Below, one piece after another: positions 1 through 12,928 of a stretch of DNA of 64,000 nucleotides. The DNA is from Bugula neritina (taxonomy: Eukaryota > Animalia > Bryozoa). Position numbers and translations under genes: made by a program. The DNA lies in the NCBI GenBank assembly GCA_964035545.1, contig OZ037766.1, positions 30,010,640-30,074,639 on the forward strand. The letters run 5' to 3'. The number at the start of each line of letters is the position of its first letter. Position 1 is the first letter of the stretch. The notes beneath the pieces were generated by a model. That model did not search any database. It was not told where the DNA came from and worked only from the letters and a program-made list of their open reading frames with translations.

Positions 1-32
1 TGAACCCTATATAAGAACTTTGCTTTACTTAC

Positions 33-114
33 GTCCACATGTTGCATCACTCAGATCAAAACAGACAGCAATAATTGCTGCCAATAGTAGACCACAGGCT
101 ATGCTCTTCTTCAT
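33..114 (-). CDS. Exon 1 (signal peptide) of a C-type lectin gene whose remaining exons lie left of the window
   Basis: ATG at 114, MKKSIACGLLLAAIIAVCFDLSDATCG, GTAAGT donor; identical to exon 1 at 9028-9109. Confidence 0.9.
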
Positions 115-159
115 AGTAATAGTTTTAGTTTCTCTTGTAGTGTATAACTGATTTTCAGT

Positions 160-243
160 ACTGATGTGCTTATCACATCTCAACACTCTCCCTTATATAC
201 CAAATCTCAATGTGATTACCAAGTAACTTAGCTACCTGATTGG
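160..243 (-). promoter_or_regulatory. Core promoter of minus-strand lectin B (CCAAT - TATATAA - TCAGT initiator-like); repeated at +8995 and +17980
   Basis: CCAAT at 243-239, TATATAA at 199-193, TCAGT at 164-160. The same order and similar spacing occur upstream of every lectin paralogue. Confidence 0.7.
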
Positions 244-757
244 TTGTTTTTTGTCCAGTAAACCGTAAATATATTGCAAAACCATCACTAAACATTATTT
301 TTTATATATGACTAAATAAATTATGTCTCTTATACGTATGTAGTTATGACAATTTTCTAGGTCTTGTTTTTTTAAATTAGCATCAGAAATTATCTTTCAA
401 AAATTGTACATTGCATGAAAGCCCAACAAAAAATTAATTATAATATTTCATTGCATTATATTCTAGTAAACAACATCTGTTAGATTTATAATTGAGTGTA
501 AAAGACATTGTTAAAATTATTAGCTTAAAATTTCTGCTAATACAAAAGCTAGACTAGACACTGCTTCTTGCTACTTGAAGAATCTCTGACAGACTCCATT
601 AATGCATTGCTAAGATGTTGATATAGATTTAAGCTGTCATGTCTATAAACTGTTTATTTGAAGGCTTTATGCTCAATAAAAAGTTTTAATGTAGACTTTG
701 TGTAGAAATATATATATATATTATCAAGAAAAAGAGCAATTTAATTAGATATTATTT

Positions 758-815
758 TATTGTGCTACTAATTACTATTAGTTTCATTCCTCTGCAGCAC
801 TCTTCAGGCACAATA
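758..815 (-). ncRNA. Type I hammerhead ribozyme motif at the 3' end of a Penelope-like element (copy 1)
   Basis: Minus strand reads TATTGTGC-CTGAAGA-GTGCTGCAGAGGAAT-GAAA-CTAAT-AGTA-ATTAG-TA-GCACAATA. This gives a CUGANGA/GAAA core, an 8-bp stem I, a 5-bp stem III and a GUA cleavage triplet; stem II is imperfect. Confidence 0.8.
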
Positions 816-1712
816 TTGAATTCAAATTTTACATTAAGAAAATCAACATGCTAAACGTACAATGTAAAACATAACACAAACATAGCAGTGGCTTTGGTGT
901 TATATAGGTTTGTAAGTGTTTTTAAATATATAAAAAACATAATGTAAAAACACAATTGATAGTAGATGAAGTTGTTGTTGGGTGACTATGCTCTGTGGGT
1001 ATTTGGATATTATTTAATTGCTACAGTACATATAATATAAATACAGAGTCTCTATAGGTTTTATGGTTGCACAGTAAGAGTTTTTTTGAGTGTCGGCAGG
1101 TTGATAAGAGTTCGTTTCGCTTGTTTAGAGTACACATGGTAGGTTTGTATAAAATAAAAAAACATTCCCACAGGCATAAATTACACCTTTTGGTAATTGT
1201 GTTGTATGGTTTTGCTTTCCTCAACATTTTCCAACTTATATTGCGTTTAATGTTTTTGTTAGTTAGTTGCCAAGTGTATTTGCTAAGTTCTGTTTGATTT
1301 GCTTTTTCTTTGTTTTTAAATGATGATTTGTGGTTTGCGTATCTTAGTTTGAACGGTCCTTCACTCAGGCCAATGTATGTTGCAGGCTCGTTTTCGGTAG
1401 TTTCTACAGTTGCTTGGTATATTACTCTGCTCTCCTGACAGTTTTCTTCCAGTGTACAACTTTCTTTTTCTCTGCAGTTGCAGTTTTTTCTGGGGGTTTT
1501 GTTTTGTTGCTTCTGTTTCTCTGTTTTTCTGATATTCTGTTTTTGTGGGCGTCTAAATTATGGTCTGTTTTATGTTTGGCATGCAGCTGTAGCTAACTTT
1601 TATATTGTTTTTGTTGATTATTTTATAGAGTGGATGTTCAGATTTTAAAGAAGTTTTTTTGCAATTTTTGTGGTTACATATTGGCTGTGTGTTGGATTGT
1701 ACCAATCTACTT
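758..1712 (-). mobile_element. 5'-truncated, frameshifted Penelope-like retroelement (GIY-YIG endonuclease, Naiad/Neptune-type) fragment, copy 1
   Basis: Minus-strand translation gives WYNP..., HPLYKIINKNNIKVSYSCMPNIK, a frameshift near 1556, then CNCREKESCTLEENCQESRVIYQATV...TYIGLSEGPFKLRYANHKSSF...KRCNLCLWE...LNKRNELLSTCRH with a stop at 1021. A hammerhead lies downstream. Confidence 0.88.
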
Positions 1713-3807
1713 TTTTATATTATATATATGTTCAACCATTCAACCACTGAGCATTATAACCTATGAAATCTCAAAATGGTAATAAAGTCTGCTTTGTCCT
1801 TTCTTCGACCATAAAAATTAATCTTTTTAACCTAAAAGGTGAACCCTAAGCTTTGCATATACATTTTATATTTATTCAAACATATTATACAACGTGCCCA
1901 TAAATTTTTTGTCAAAATTTCATCTGCTCCTACAAAATAAAAATCGGAGATGCATTTTATGTGGTGGTGACACATTTAGAACTTTGTTTACCAGATTAAT
2001 TTGTCTGCAATTTTATTGGCTAATATGTTCTCACAAGGCTAATACTAATTGGCTTGCACAGCAGAGTTTTATTGATGATGAAGTTTTCCTTAAATTAAGG
2101 TGATGCAATCAAATACCAAATAGCTAAACGATCATGATAATGACATGGTATACATAATATTAATGGCCTGCGAGATATACTTAATATATGCAAATCGTTC
2201 ATTACACTAAAAACCATTAGAACAGGATTCTACATGGTTTAATGTCAAAAAGTCATGCCATTAATTATCTTGTCACTGAGTAATTGTTGACAATAAAACA
2301 CAAGCTATCTTTTAGCCAATAAAATAGCTGGTTTATATGATATATTGAGTAACAGGTTGCTCAACTATAGTGATGATGCATGACAAAAATGAATTTTTTC
2401 GTGATGACATCAGTAATATTATGTATATTATAAATTACTAGTGAAAAGCTATAATTTATACTTTCATCATTTAGTCTCAGTGCAGCTGCTCTAATTATTG
2501 GTATTAATAAAATTATATTGTAAGCACTAAGAGATGACGCATATATATATGCTTCAAATCAGAAAATAAAATTCTAATTTTCTTCTCCCATATATAGTAC
2601 TTAAGGTATTTAGAAATTTTTTTTGAACGGCATCTTTAAAACAATTCATTTTTTCAGTCTAACTTTTAATAGCCATATCAGCTACTGTGTAATCAATTAG
2701 GTGGTAGAATGCGTAGAATCAACTCTCTTGCATTGAAAATAAATATTATATTATAGACCTTCAATTAATGCTTTCTTTTAACTTTAACTACAATTAAATT
2801 TGTATACATATTCTCCTTATAATACTAAATAATTCAAGTGATCAATAATACCAATGAAGTATTTTGATCTTATATTTAATTTTACCAACATTTCATAAAA
2901 GCAGCTATTCATTCAACCAGGTACCAACTCAGCTTTTTGCAAGCCACAGGCCACTACTGAGTAGTATTTGAGTTAAAAATCAAACAAATTTATATTGCTA
3001 AGCGAATCTTACCACGAATCAACATAAATAACTGCATATCTATGTGCATGATGAAGATATAGCACCTTTGTGTATTATAATATTATCTGTACTTCATACA
3101 GTTGAATGAAAAAAAGATTTTCCCAATAAAACACAGATTATTAGAACTTTAGTTTCAATGCTTAGGTTGAAATATAAAATAATTACAAAATAGAAGATGT
3201 GACACAGATGACTACTTTATATTTTTACCACTTGAAGAGTAAGTTATTAACTAGGCAAATTACTCATAATCTGGATCATTAAATATGGAACTGATCACTG
3301 GGTAAGGACCTATAAATCTGACAATTAATCTCTATAATACGATATGAACGCAGAAGTAGCATACACTATTTTTCAACAGCCTGCTATAACTGTAACATAT
3401 TATCATTACAGGATGTTCCAATTTTACAATTTTACTTTCTTTATTAGTGTGGTATTAAAACTTAAATAATGCTGATATAGTGTAAAAATGCAAATATTTC
3501 ACCAAAAGCTTGACGGGGTGATTTTAATATGTTGACTACAAGTTGCTTACTAAAGTATACTTTCAACTTTTACCTTTCACCACTATGTCCCCATAAGTCA
3601 AGTAGCTGATACAACTTGCTTGCTGTTTATCTATAATTGATTAGTTTGATGGGCTGAAGAAAAGACAATCTGCATATTGTCATTAATTGTAGCTATCTTA
3701 CAAATCTTATTTTTATTTTAAAGTCATCCTGCTATGACTCACTATAAACACTTATGTTGCAAATTATATTTAGCAATAATTTGGTAATGAAGCTCCTAGA
3801 ACATCAA

Positions 3808-3890
3808 CCAATCAGATAGCTGAGTTACATGGTAATCGCTTAAAGATTTGGTATATAAGGAGAAGGTTGAGATTTAATAAACAAATCAGT
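3808..3890 (+). promoter_or_regulatory. Core promoter of plus-strand lectin A (CCAAT, TATATAA, TCAGT); repeated at +8995 and +17980
   Basis: CCAAT 3808-3812, TATATAA 3852-3858, TCAGT 3886-3890, ATG at 3934; an AP-1-type TGACTCA lies at 3735-3741. Confidence 0.7.
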
Positions 3891-3933
3891 ACTGAATATC
3901 AGTTACACTACAAGAGAAACTAGAACTATTACT

Positions 3934-5027
3934 ATGAGGAAGAGCATAGCCTGTGGTCTACTATTGGCAGCAGTTTTTGCTGTCTCTGTTGATCTGAGTG
4001 ATGCAACTTGTGGACGTAAGTAAAATATGGACTTATCAAATCCTAATTTCAGAGTTGAAAATATTAATTAAATGCTTATCATCAATTACTATATTATAGT
4101 ATATACAAAGTATTAGCTAATATTTATGCATATAAGCTAACTTTAATGAGTTTCTAAGCGTTTGAGCAATAAATTGTCGTATTAAAACAAATGATAGTTT
4201 TTAAGTCCAATAAAAACATTTGTTTGAGTTTGAAAAGTTAATGAGACAGTAGAACTGTATTAAAAACTAAACATTTGTAATCTACAAAAAATTTCTTTCA
4301 TATTTAATAAAAAAATTATCCCTATCCTAAATGACATGATATTTAATGTTTAAAAAGTTTAGTTTAATCCCGAGTATTTTTTCAGATGGAGTAAACTGCC
4401 CCAGTGGGTATCTCCACAATCCACATTCTAGCACCTGCTACAAAATTGTTACATTGTCAAAGAACTGGGATAATGCCAAAGCCTACTGTGAAGGAAATGG
4501 AGACAGACTTGCTGTGTTTGACAGTACTGACTCTATTTCTTGGGCTAAACACATGAGAAAAACTCACTCAGGTAAATTACTATAATATAACTTTCAAAAT
4601 ATATTATGATAAAACGTTTGCTTTTTTGAGTGCACATTTATATTGAAATATAGCTCCCCTATCATAGTTCGAGCAAAAATGGTTTATATTATTGCAATGA
4701 AATAAAAGTAATACTCCGATATTTTTGTTTAAGAAAAAAAGATCATTGGCTAGAGCTAATATAGAAAATATTTTTACCCTATTTTATGCAGCATGGAAAG
4801 GGCATATCAACAAATACATTTGGATTGGCGGAAGAAACTATCATGGTGTCTGGCAATGGGATGGGAAACTCAAGAAAGACATAGTTGTAGAGGACTGGTA
4901 CCCCCAACGCCCCAACAATTTAGGAGGTCCTCAAGACTGTCTCGGTCTATTTGCTGATAGTAATGACCTCAAGTGGGATGATGGAACCTGCACTTCTGCG
5001 GAATATTTTATGTGTGAAAAATATTAA
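3934..5027 (+). CDS. Secreted single-domain C-type lectin A, copy 1 (167 aa; exons 3934-4015, 4386-4571, 4792-5027)
   Basis: Signal peptide MRKSIACGLLLAAVFAVSVDLSDA; two phase-1 GT-AG introns; long-form CTLD with CP..CY, W..A..YC, WIGG, RPNN, DC, WDD..C, FMCE; AATAAA at 5144. Confidence 0.95.
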
Positions 5028-5378
5028 CTAATAGAATAATTCAAACACTCTTTCTGTTTGTCACATCACAATAGCATGTATGTACTTTCAATAATGATCG
5101 AAGTTTTCTTTTGACAAGTGATAAATTTTTGCATTGTTTTAAAAATAAATATATTCATGCAGAGTATATTCAGCTAATTGTGTCTTTACAAAACTAAAGT
5201 TATATCAGATACATTTTGCATTAACGGAAAGCAAATAATTATAATTCATTATAGTTGATCTTACCTTTAAAAAGAATTTTCAAAACTTAAAATTCAATTC
5301 TTTAAGCATTTTTGAATGTTAATACCTTTACATATCTTTATAAACATTAATAAAATAACCTTTGAATTATTGTAAAAA

Positions 5379-5600
5379 GGGAGCAGCCATGGTCTAGGGG
5401 TTAGAGCGTTTGCCTAGTAAACATGAAGTCATGGGTTCGAGCCCTGACAAAGGCCATTGGTAATGTTAGGAAAAGCACATAGTCATAATTGTTCCCGTGC
5501 CTCATTTAAATAAGTCCTTAGCTCCTTTTAACAAAAACCCTTTCTATCACAGATTTCTCACAGGGATAGCAACGATAAACTTGCGTGAGTTGTTTTTGTT
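5379..5600 (+). mobile_element. tRNA-derived SINE, copy 1
   Basis: Pol III A box TGGTCTAGGGG at 5390-5400 and B box GGTTCGAGCCC at 5434-5444. Head, body and tail are homologous to the dispersed copy at 60899-61272. Confidence 0.85.
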
Positions 5601-5640
5601 GAATCATTTTAAGAATTTATATTATAAGAATTATATATAC

Positions 5641-5786
<146 letters not shown>

Positions 5787-7800
5787 ATATATGGCTATCA
5801 CGGCTAGCACCATCGCAGCAAGCATATGCATCGTGCCATAATGTATGGAGAGGGAGACTGAGGAGTTGTCCTTTCGATAATAATACTACAAAATCTCTAC
5901 ATCATAATTATTTTCTCTGATCTAGTTAAAACCTCTTAGATACAGGGTATTGAAAATTTAGTTTGCTCGTTTCAGCCATGAAAATTTTTTTAAAACTCTC
6001 ATAACTGCATTTTGTAAATTTGACAATTGCAAATTTGCAGTGTATATTTAAAAACTAAAAACCTTGTGAACCGATAACTTAGTGTTTAGATGCATGTTCA
6101 TAAGTGTTATAATGGCACATAGAGTTCACTTCTTATTAGCTATAATTAGTAGTTATATAATGATTTCTATGTGAATCATGCATTTCCTTCTTATTGTCAT
6201 AGTCAGCATCTATATATAATGCTTGTGTATATATAGTTATTGCTTATAAACGGTTAGTAATAGTTGCTATAATAGATTCCAAAGTGCTATTGCCATCTTA
6301 TATTCATAGTAGTTGTACCAAATAAATCAACATGTAATACATTACAAGTCAGCACCATCTTGTCACACACAATCACACATACCATTATACCAATAAGCTA
6401 GCTTAGTTTGTATACTTGTAGAATTCCAGTGCCTTTAAATGCTATTGACTAAAACTTTTAAACTTCTATCATTACTAATCCAGTTGCATACCATTGACAA
6501 AAAAAGACATGAACTAAATAAGTAGTTCATTGAACAATATTAAACTTTTAAATTCTATCTTCATTTGTGCTTTGATGCAAAGCACTGAACTTACGAAACT
6601 TATTCAACAGGTGGTTAATGGAATTTCATTTTTTTTTAACTTTTTGTGATGCTGTTAAACAAATTATAGTCGTTTTCTATTCAATTACAACCTTATCTAA
6701 TAAAGCATCTACAGAATTGCACTACTATAGGAAACCATGCAGGCTGATATACGTTTTGGATAATTTGCATTCAATTTGTTCATTAAACTATCAATTTAGT
6801 AATCTGATATGCTCATTTGCTACTCACCCAACGCTGTCAGAGCTGACCAAATTATGTTAGAATTTGCTGTTATGCTAGTTGAGCAAGGCAGAGAGAAGCA
6901 ATGGCAACAATATCAACAAAAAAATCAGGCTTGTCACTTTTGGGAATAAAAAGTTATAAAGCTGTTTATAATAAAATCTTAAAGAATTTACAAGAGTCAA
7001 GTGAAAACAGTTTTTGACTTGCTGCTTCAACATGTAGGTTCTGCAAATGCTAAAAACACAATGGCTGAATACTTATTTTATTTCTCGTCTATTAAAGTAA
7101 AAATTACAAATCTAAGTCAATAAGTTTTCTCATAAATTTACTGGCTCATACCCCCATGACCGTTGTGACCCAGTTACCCCTACACACCATGTGCAGCAAA
7201 TTAAGACTGAAAATTGAAACTAGTTTTAAGTCATTATAAAATTTTACCAGGCCGTGGTATTTTCTAGTGATTGTTATAAATATGTAAAGGAAAAAAGGCT
7301 GAGAGGGAAACATGCAATGATGAAGTGCATTCAACTGTCATATATATACTGCGTGGTAATTTGTATGTGTTTGAGGCTCATGATGAAAAACCATCATGGA
7401 TTCATATATCCCAATTTGCAAAAAGCTTAAGAGAAAACATAAAAAGCCCAACAAAATTAGAAAAAGTTTAATTATTTATTTATGTTGTATTTTTTAGCAT
7501 TTTATTAGTTTAGGGCAAACACATTCTGTATATTAGCAGCTAAATTGCAAAAAATAGCCAAAAAACAGAGAGATCGAGTGTGCACTAAAGAAAGTAAAAT
7601 GGCCCTGATTGAGTTCTACATATGGTTTATGATGTTCGATTCAAACGCATGCAAACATGCTTTATTGTGCATGACAGCATATTAACATATAATAAACGTA
7701 TTTATCTCCTTTGCAATATCTAGCCAGTTGTGATTGTTTAGGCTACTCTATATATGATACTTATTTAAATATTGTTCTACAGCAGATTTTAGTTTTTTTA

Positions 7801-7825
7801 ATATATATATATATATATATATACA

Positions 7826-7897
<72 letters not shown>
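7801..7897. repeat. Interrupted (TA)n microsatellite; counterparts at ~16794-16882 and ~25810-25916
   Basis: TA run interrupted by CACTG; length varies between units. Confidence 0.97.
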
Positions 7898-7900
<3 letters not shown>

Positions 7901-8023
7901 ATATACCAAGTAATTGGTTGTAGAAAAATGCTTGAAACAAACAAAAAGTTCCAAAAGCAAAGAAAAATAAATAAAAAACAAAAATTATAATTTTTGAAGC
8001 CTTTTAATATAGTATATTTATAC

Positions 8024-9109
8024 TTAATATTTTTCACACATAAAATAATGCGCAGCAGTGCAGGTTCCATCATCCCATTGAAGATTCTGATTGTTAGCAA
8101 ATAGACCGAGACAGTCTTGAGGGCCTCCCGCATTGTTGGGACGTTGAGGGTACCAATCCTCTACAACTATGTCTTTCTCGAGTTTCCCATCCCATTGCCA
8201 GACCCCTTGATAGTTTCTTCCGCCAATCCAGATGTATTTGTTGATATGCCCTTTCCATGCTGCATATAAGATAAGATAAAATATAGATGTATTTCACTAG
8301 CAGCTTTGTGCAATCCTAAATGCAAGACTATAATATTATTGTTATTTTGCTGATGTTATTTGCCATAATCTAGACTAAAGCTCGTTTCAAGAAGCATAAT
8401 ATATATAACTATTCCAATATGATTGTGCACTCAAATCCACAATATATCTTTAAAAATTATGAGAATTCACCTGAGTGAGTTTTCCTCATATGTTTAGCCC
8501 AGGATATAGAGTCAGTACTATCAAACACAGCCAGTCTGTCTCCATTTCCTTCACAGTAGGCTTTGGCATCATTCCATTTCTTTGACAACGTAACAATTTT
8601 GTAGCAGGTGCTAGAATGTGGATTGTAGATATAGCCACTGGGGCAGTTTACTCTATCTGAAAAAAATATATATTTAGAATGAGCCAAAAATTTTAAACTC
8701 AAAATATCAAGTCATGTAAGATACAAGTATTATCTTTTATGTGTGACAACATTTTGTGTCAATTATAACAAGCGTTTGATGATTTTTGCAATAGTCAAAA
8801 ACCATTAATAATTAATACAACTATTGCTTTTTTAATTTTCCACATTTCTGCTAATCCGTTCATTAAAATTGTAAAAAAATAATTAGTTCTAATACGTTTA
8901 TTTATTTCAAGAGCAATGCAAGAACTTATTAAATTTGGTAAATTCTCAACAGTTTAGTTTTACATCTATTAACATTTTATTTGCAATTCTAAACTTGAAC
9001 CCTATATAAGAACTTTGCTTTACTTACGTCCACATGTTGCATCACTCAGATCAAAACAGACAGCAATAATTGCTGCCAATAGTAGACCACAGGCTATGCT
9101 CTTCTTCAT
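8024..9109 (-). CDS. Secreted C-type lectin B, copy 1 (167 aa; exons 9109-9028, 8656-8471, 8259-8024)
   Basis: Same 82/186/236-nt exon structure as lectin A with GT-AG introns. Exon 3 reads AWKGHINKYIWIGGRNYQGVWQWDGKLEKDIVVEDWYPQRPNNAGGPQDCLGLFANNQNLQWDDGTCTAAHYFMCEKY. Confidence 0.94.
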
Positions 9110-9752
9110 AGTAATAGTTTTAGTTTCTCTTGTAGTGTATAACTGATTTTCAGTACTGATGTGCTTATCACATCTCAACACTCTCCCTTATATACCAAAT
9201 CTCAATGTGATTACCAAGTAACTTAGCTACCTGATTGGTTGTTTTTTGTCCAGTAAACCGTAAATATATTGCAAAACCATCACTAAACATTATTTTTTAT
9301 ATATGACTAAATAAATTATGTCTCTTATACGTATGTAGTTATGACAATTTTCTAGGTCTTGTTTTTTTAAATTAGCATCAGAAATTATCTTTCAAAAATT
9401 GTACATTGCATGAAAGCCCAACAAAAAATTAATTATAATATTTCATTGCATTATATTCTAGTAAACAACATCTGTTAGATTTATAATTGAGTGTAAAAGA
9501 CATTGTTAAAATTATTAGCTTAAAATTTCTGCTAATACAAAAGCTAGACTAGACACTGCTTCTTGCTACTTGAAGAATCTCTGACAGACTCCATTAATGC
9601 ATTGCTAAGATGTTGATATAGATTTAAGCTGTCATGTCTATAAACTGTTTATTTGAAGGCTTTATGCTCAATAAAAAGTTTTAATGTAGACTTTGTGTAG
9701 AAATATATATATATATTATCAAGAAAAAGAGCAATTTAATTAGATATTATTT

Positions 9753-9810
9753 TATTGTGCTACTAATTACTATTAGTTTCATTCCTCTGCAGCACTCTTC
9801 AGGCACAATA
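9753..9810 (-). ncRNA. Type I hammerhead ribozyme motif (copy 2)
   Basis: Identical to 758-815. Confidence 0.8.
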
Positions 9811-10707
9811 TTGAATTCAAATTTTACATTAAGAAAATCAACATGCTAAACGTACAATGTAAAACATAACACAAACATAGCAGTGGCTTTGGTGTTATAT
9901 AGGTTTGTAAGTGTTTTTAAATATATAAAAAACATAATGTAAAAACACAATTGATAGTAGATGAAGTTGTTGTTGGGTGACTATGCTCTGTGGGTATTTG
10001 GATATTATTTAATTGCTACAGTACATATAATATAAATACAGAGTCTCTATAGGTTTTATGGTTGCACAGTAAGAGTTTTTTTGAGTGTCGGCAGGTTGAT
10101 AAGAGTTCGTTTCGCTTGTTTAGAGTACACATGGTAGGTTTGTATAAAATAAAAAAACATTCCCACAGGCATAAATTACACCTTTTGGTAATTGTGTTGT
10201 ATGGTTTTGCTTTCCTCAACATTTTCCAACTTATATTGCGTTTAATGTTTTTGTTAGTTAGTTGCCAAGTGTATTTGCTAAGTTCTGTTTGATTTGCTTT
10301 TTCTTTGTTTTTAAATGATGATTTGTGGTTTGCGTATCTTAGTTTGAACGGTCCTTCACTCAGGCCAATGTATGTTGCAGGCTCGTTTTCGGTAGTTTCT
10401 ACAGTTGCTTGGTATATTACTCTGCTCTCCTGACAGTTTTCTTCCAGTGTACAACTTTCTTTTTCTCTGCAGTTGCAGTTTTTTCTGGGGGTTTTGTTTT
10501 GTTGCTTCTGTTTCTCTGTTTTTCTGATATTCTGTTTTTGTGGGCGTCTAAATTATGGTCTGTTTTATGTTTGGCATGCAGCTGTAGCTAACTTTTATAT
10601 TGTTTTTGTTGATTATTTTATAGAGTGGATGTTCAGATTTTAAAGAAGTTTTTTTGCAATTTTTGTGGTTACATATTGGCTGTGTGTTGGATTGTACCAA
10701 TCTACTT
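9753..10707 (-). mobile_element. Penelope-like GIY-YIG element fragment (copy 2)
   Basis: Repeat-unit copy of 758-1712. Confidence 0.88.
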
Positions 10708-12928
10708 TTTTATATTATATATATGTTCAACCATTCAACCACTGAGCATTATAACCTATGAAATCTCAAAATGGTAATAAAGTCTGCTTTGTCCTTTCTT
10801 CGACCATAAAAATTAATCTTTTTAACCTAAAAGGTGAACCCTAAGCTTTGCATATACATTTTATATTTATTCAAACATATTATACAACGTGCCCATAAAT
10901 TTTTTGTCAAAATTTCATCTGCTCCTACAAAATAAAAATCGGAGATGCATTTTATGTGGTGGTGACACATTTAGAACTTTGTTTACCAGATTAATTTGTC
11001 TGCAATTTTATTGGCTAATATGTTCTCACAAGGCTAATACTAATTGGCTTGCACAGCAGAGTTTTATTGATGATGAAGTTTTCCTTAAATTAAGGTGATG
11101 CAATCAAATACCAAATAGCTAAACGATCATGATAATGACATGGTATACATAATATTAATGGCCTGCGAGATATACTTAATATATGCAAATCGTTCATTAC
11201 ACTAAAAACCATTAGAACAGGATTCTACATGGTTTAATGTCAAAAAGTCATGCCATTAATTATCTTGTCACTGAGTAATTGTTGACAATAAAACACAAGC
11301 TATCTTTTAGCCAATAAAATAGCTGGTTTATATGATATATTGAGTAACAGGTTGCTCAACTATAGTGATGATGCATGACAAAAATGAATTTTTTCGTGAT
11401 GACATCAGTAATATTATGTATATTATAAATTACTAGTGAAAAGCTATAATTTATACTTTCATCATTTAGTCTCAGTGCAGCTGCTCTAATTATTGGTATT
11501 AATAAAATTATATTGTAAGCACTAAGAGATGACGCATATATATATGCTTCAAATCAGAAAATAAAATTCTAATTTTCTTCTCCCATATATAGTACTTAAG
11601 GTATTTAGAAATTTTTTTTGAACGGCATCTTTAAAACAATTCATTTTTTCAGTCTAACTTTTAATAGCCATATCAGCTACTGTGTAATCAATTAGGTGGT
11701 AGAATGCGTAGAATCAACTCTCTTGCATTGAAAATAAATATTATATTATAGACCTTCAATTAATGCTTTCTTTTAACTTTAACTACAATTAAATTTGTAT
11801 ACATATTCTCCTTATAATACTAAATAATTCAAGTGATCAATAATACCAATGAAGTATTTTGATCTTATATTTAATTTTACCAACATTTCATAAAAGCAGC
11901 TATTCATTCAACCAGGTACCAACTCAGCTTTTTGCAAGCCACAGGCCACTACTGAGTAGTATTTGAGTTAAAAATCAAACAAATTTATATTGCTAAGCGA
12001 ATCTTACCACGAATCAACATAAATAACTGCATATCTATGTGCATGATGAAGATATAGCACCTTTGTGTATTATAATATTATCTGTACTTCATACAGTTGA
12101 ATGAAAAAAAGATTTTCCCAATAAAACACAGATTATTAGAACTTTAGTTTCAATGCTTAGGTTGAAATATAAAATAATTACAAAATAGAAGATGTGACAC
12201 AGATGACTACTTTATATTTTTACCACTTGAAGAGTAAGTTATTAACTAGGCAAATTACTCATAATCTGGATCATTAAATATGGAACTGATCACTGGGTAA
12301 GGACCTATAAATCTGACAATTAATCTCTATAATACGATATGAACGCAGAAGTAGCATACACTATTTTTCAACAGCCTGCTATAACTGTAACATATTATCA
12401 TTACAGGATGTTCCAATTTTACAATTTTACTTTCTTTATTAGTGTGGTATTAAAACTTAAATAATGCTGATATAGTGTAAAAATGCAAATATTTCACCAA
12501 AAGCTTGACGGGGTGATTTTAATATGTTGACTACAAGTTGCTTACTAAAGTATACTTTCAACTTTTACCTTTCACCACTATGTCCCCATAAGTCAAGTAG
12601 CTGATACAACTTGCTTGCTGTTTATCTATAATTGATTAGTTTGATGGGCTGAAGAAAAGACAATCTGCATATTGTCATTAATTGTAGCTATCTTACAAAT
12701 CTTATTTTTATTTTAAAGTCATCCTGCTATGACTCACTATAAACACTTATGTTGCAAATTATATTTAGCAATAATTTGGTAATGAAGCTCCTAGAACATC
12801 AACCAATCAGATAGCTGAGTTACATGGTAATCGCTTAAAGATTTGGTATATAAGGAGAAGGTTGAGATTTAATAAACAAATCAGTACTGAATATCAGTTA
12901 CACTACAAGAGAAACTAGAACTATTACT

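Noticed and set aside
5379-5455. Possible functional tRNA gene
   Set aside because: A/B boxes are present but there is no proper cloverleaf or acceptor pairing; it continues into a body shared with a dispersed copy, so it is a SINE head.
5790-7800. 2-kb segment bounded by two (TA)n tracts as a TA-targeting transposon
   Set aside because: No terminal inverted repeats or transposase remnants recognised.
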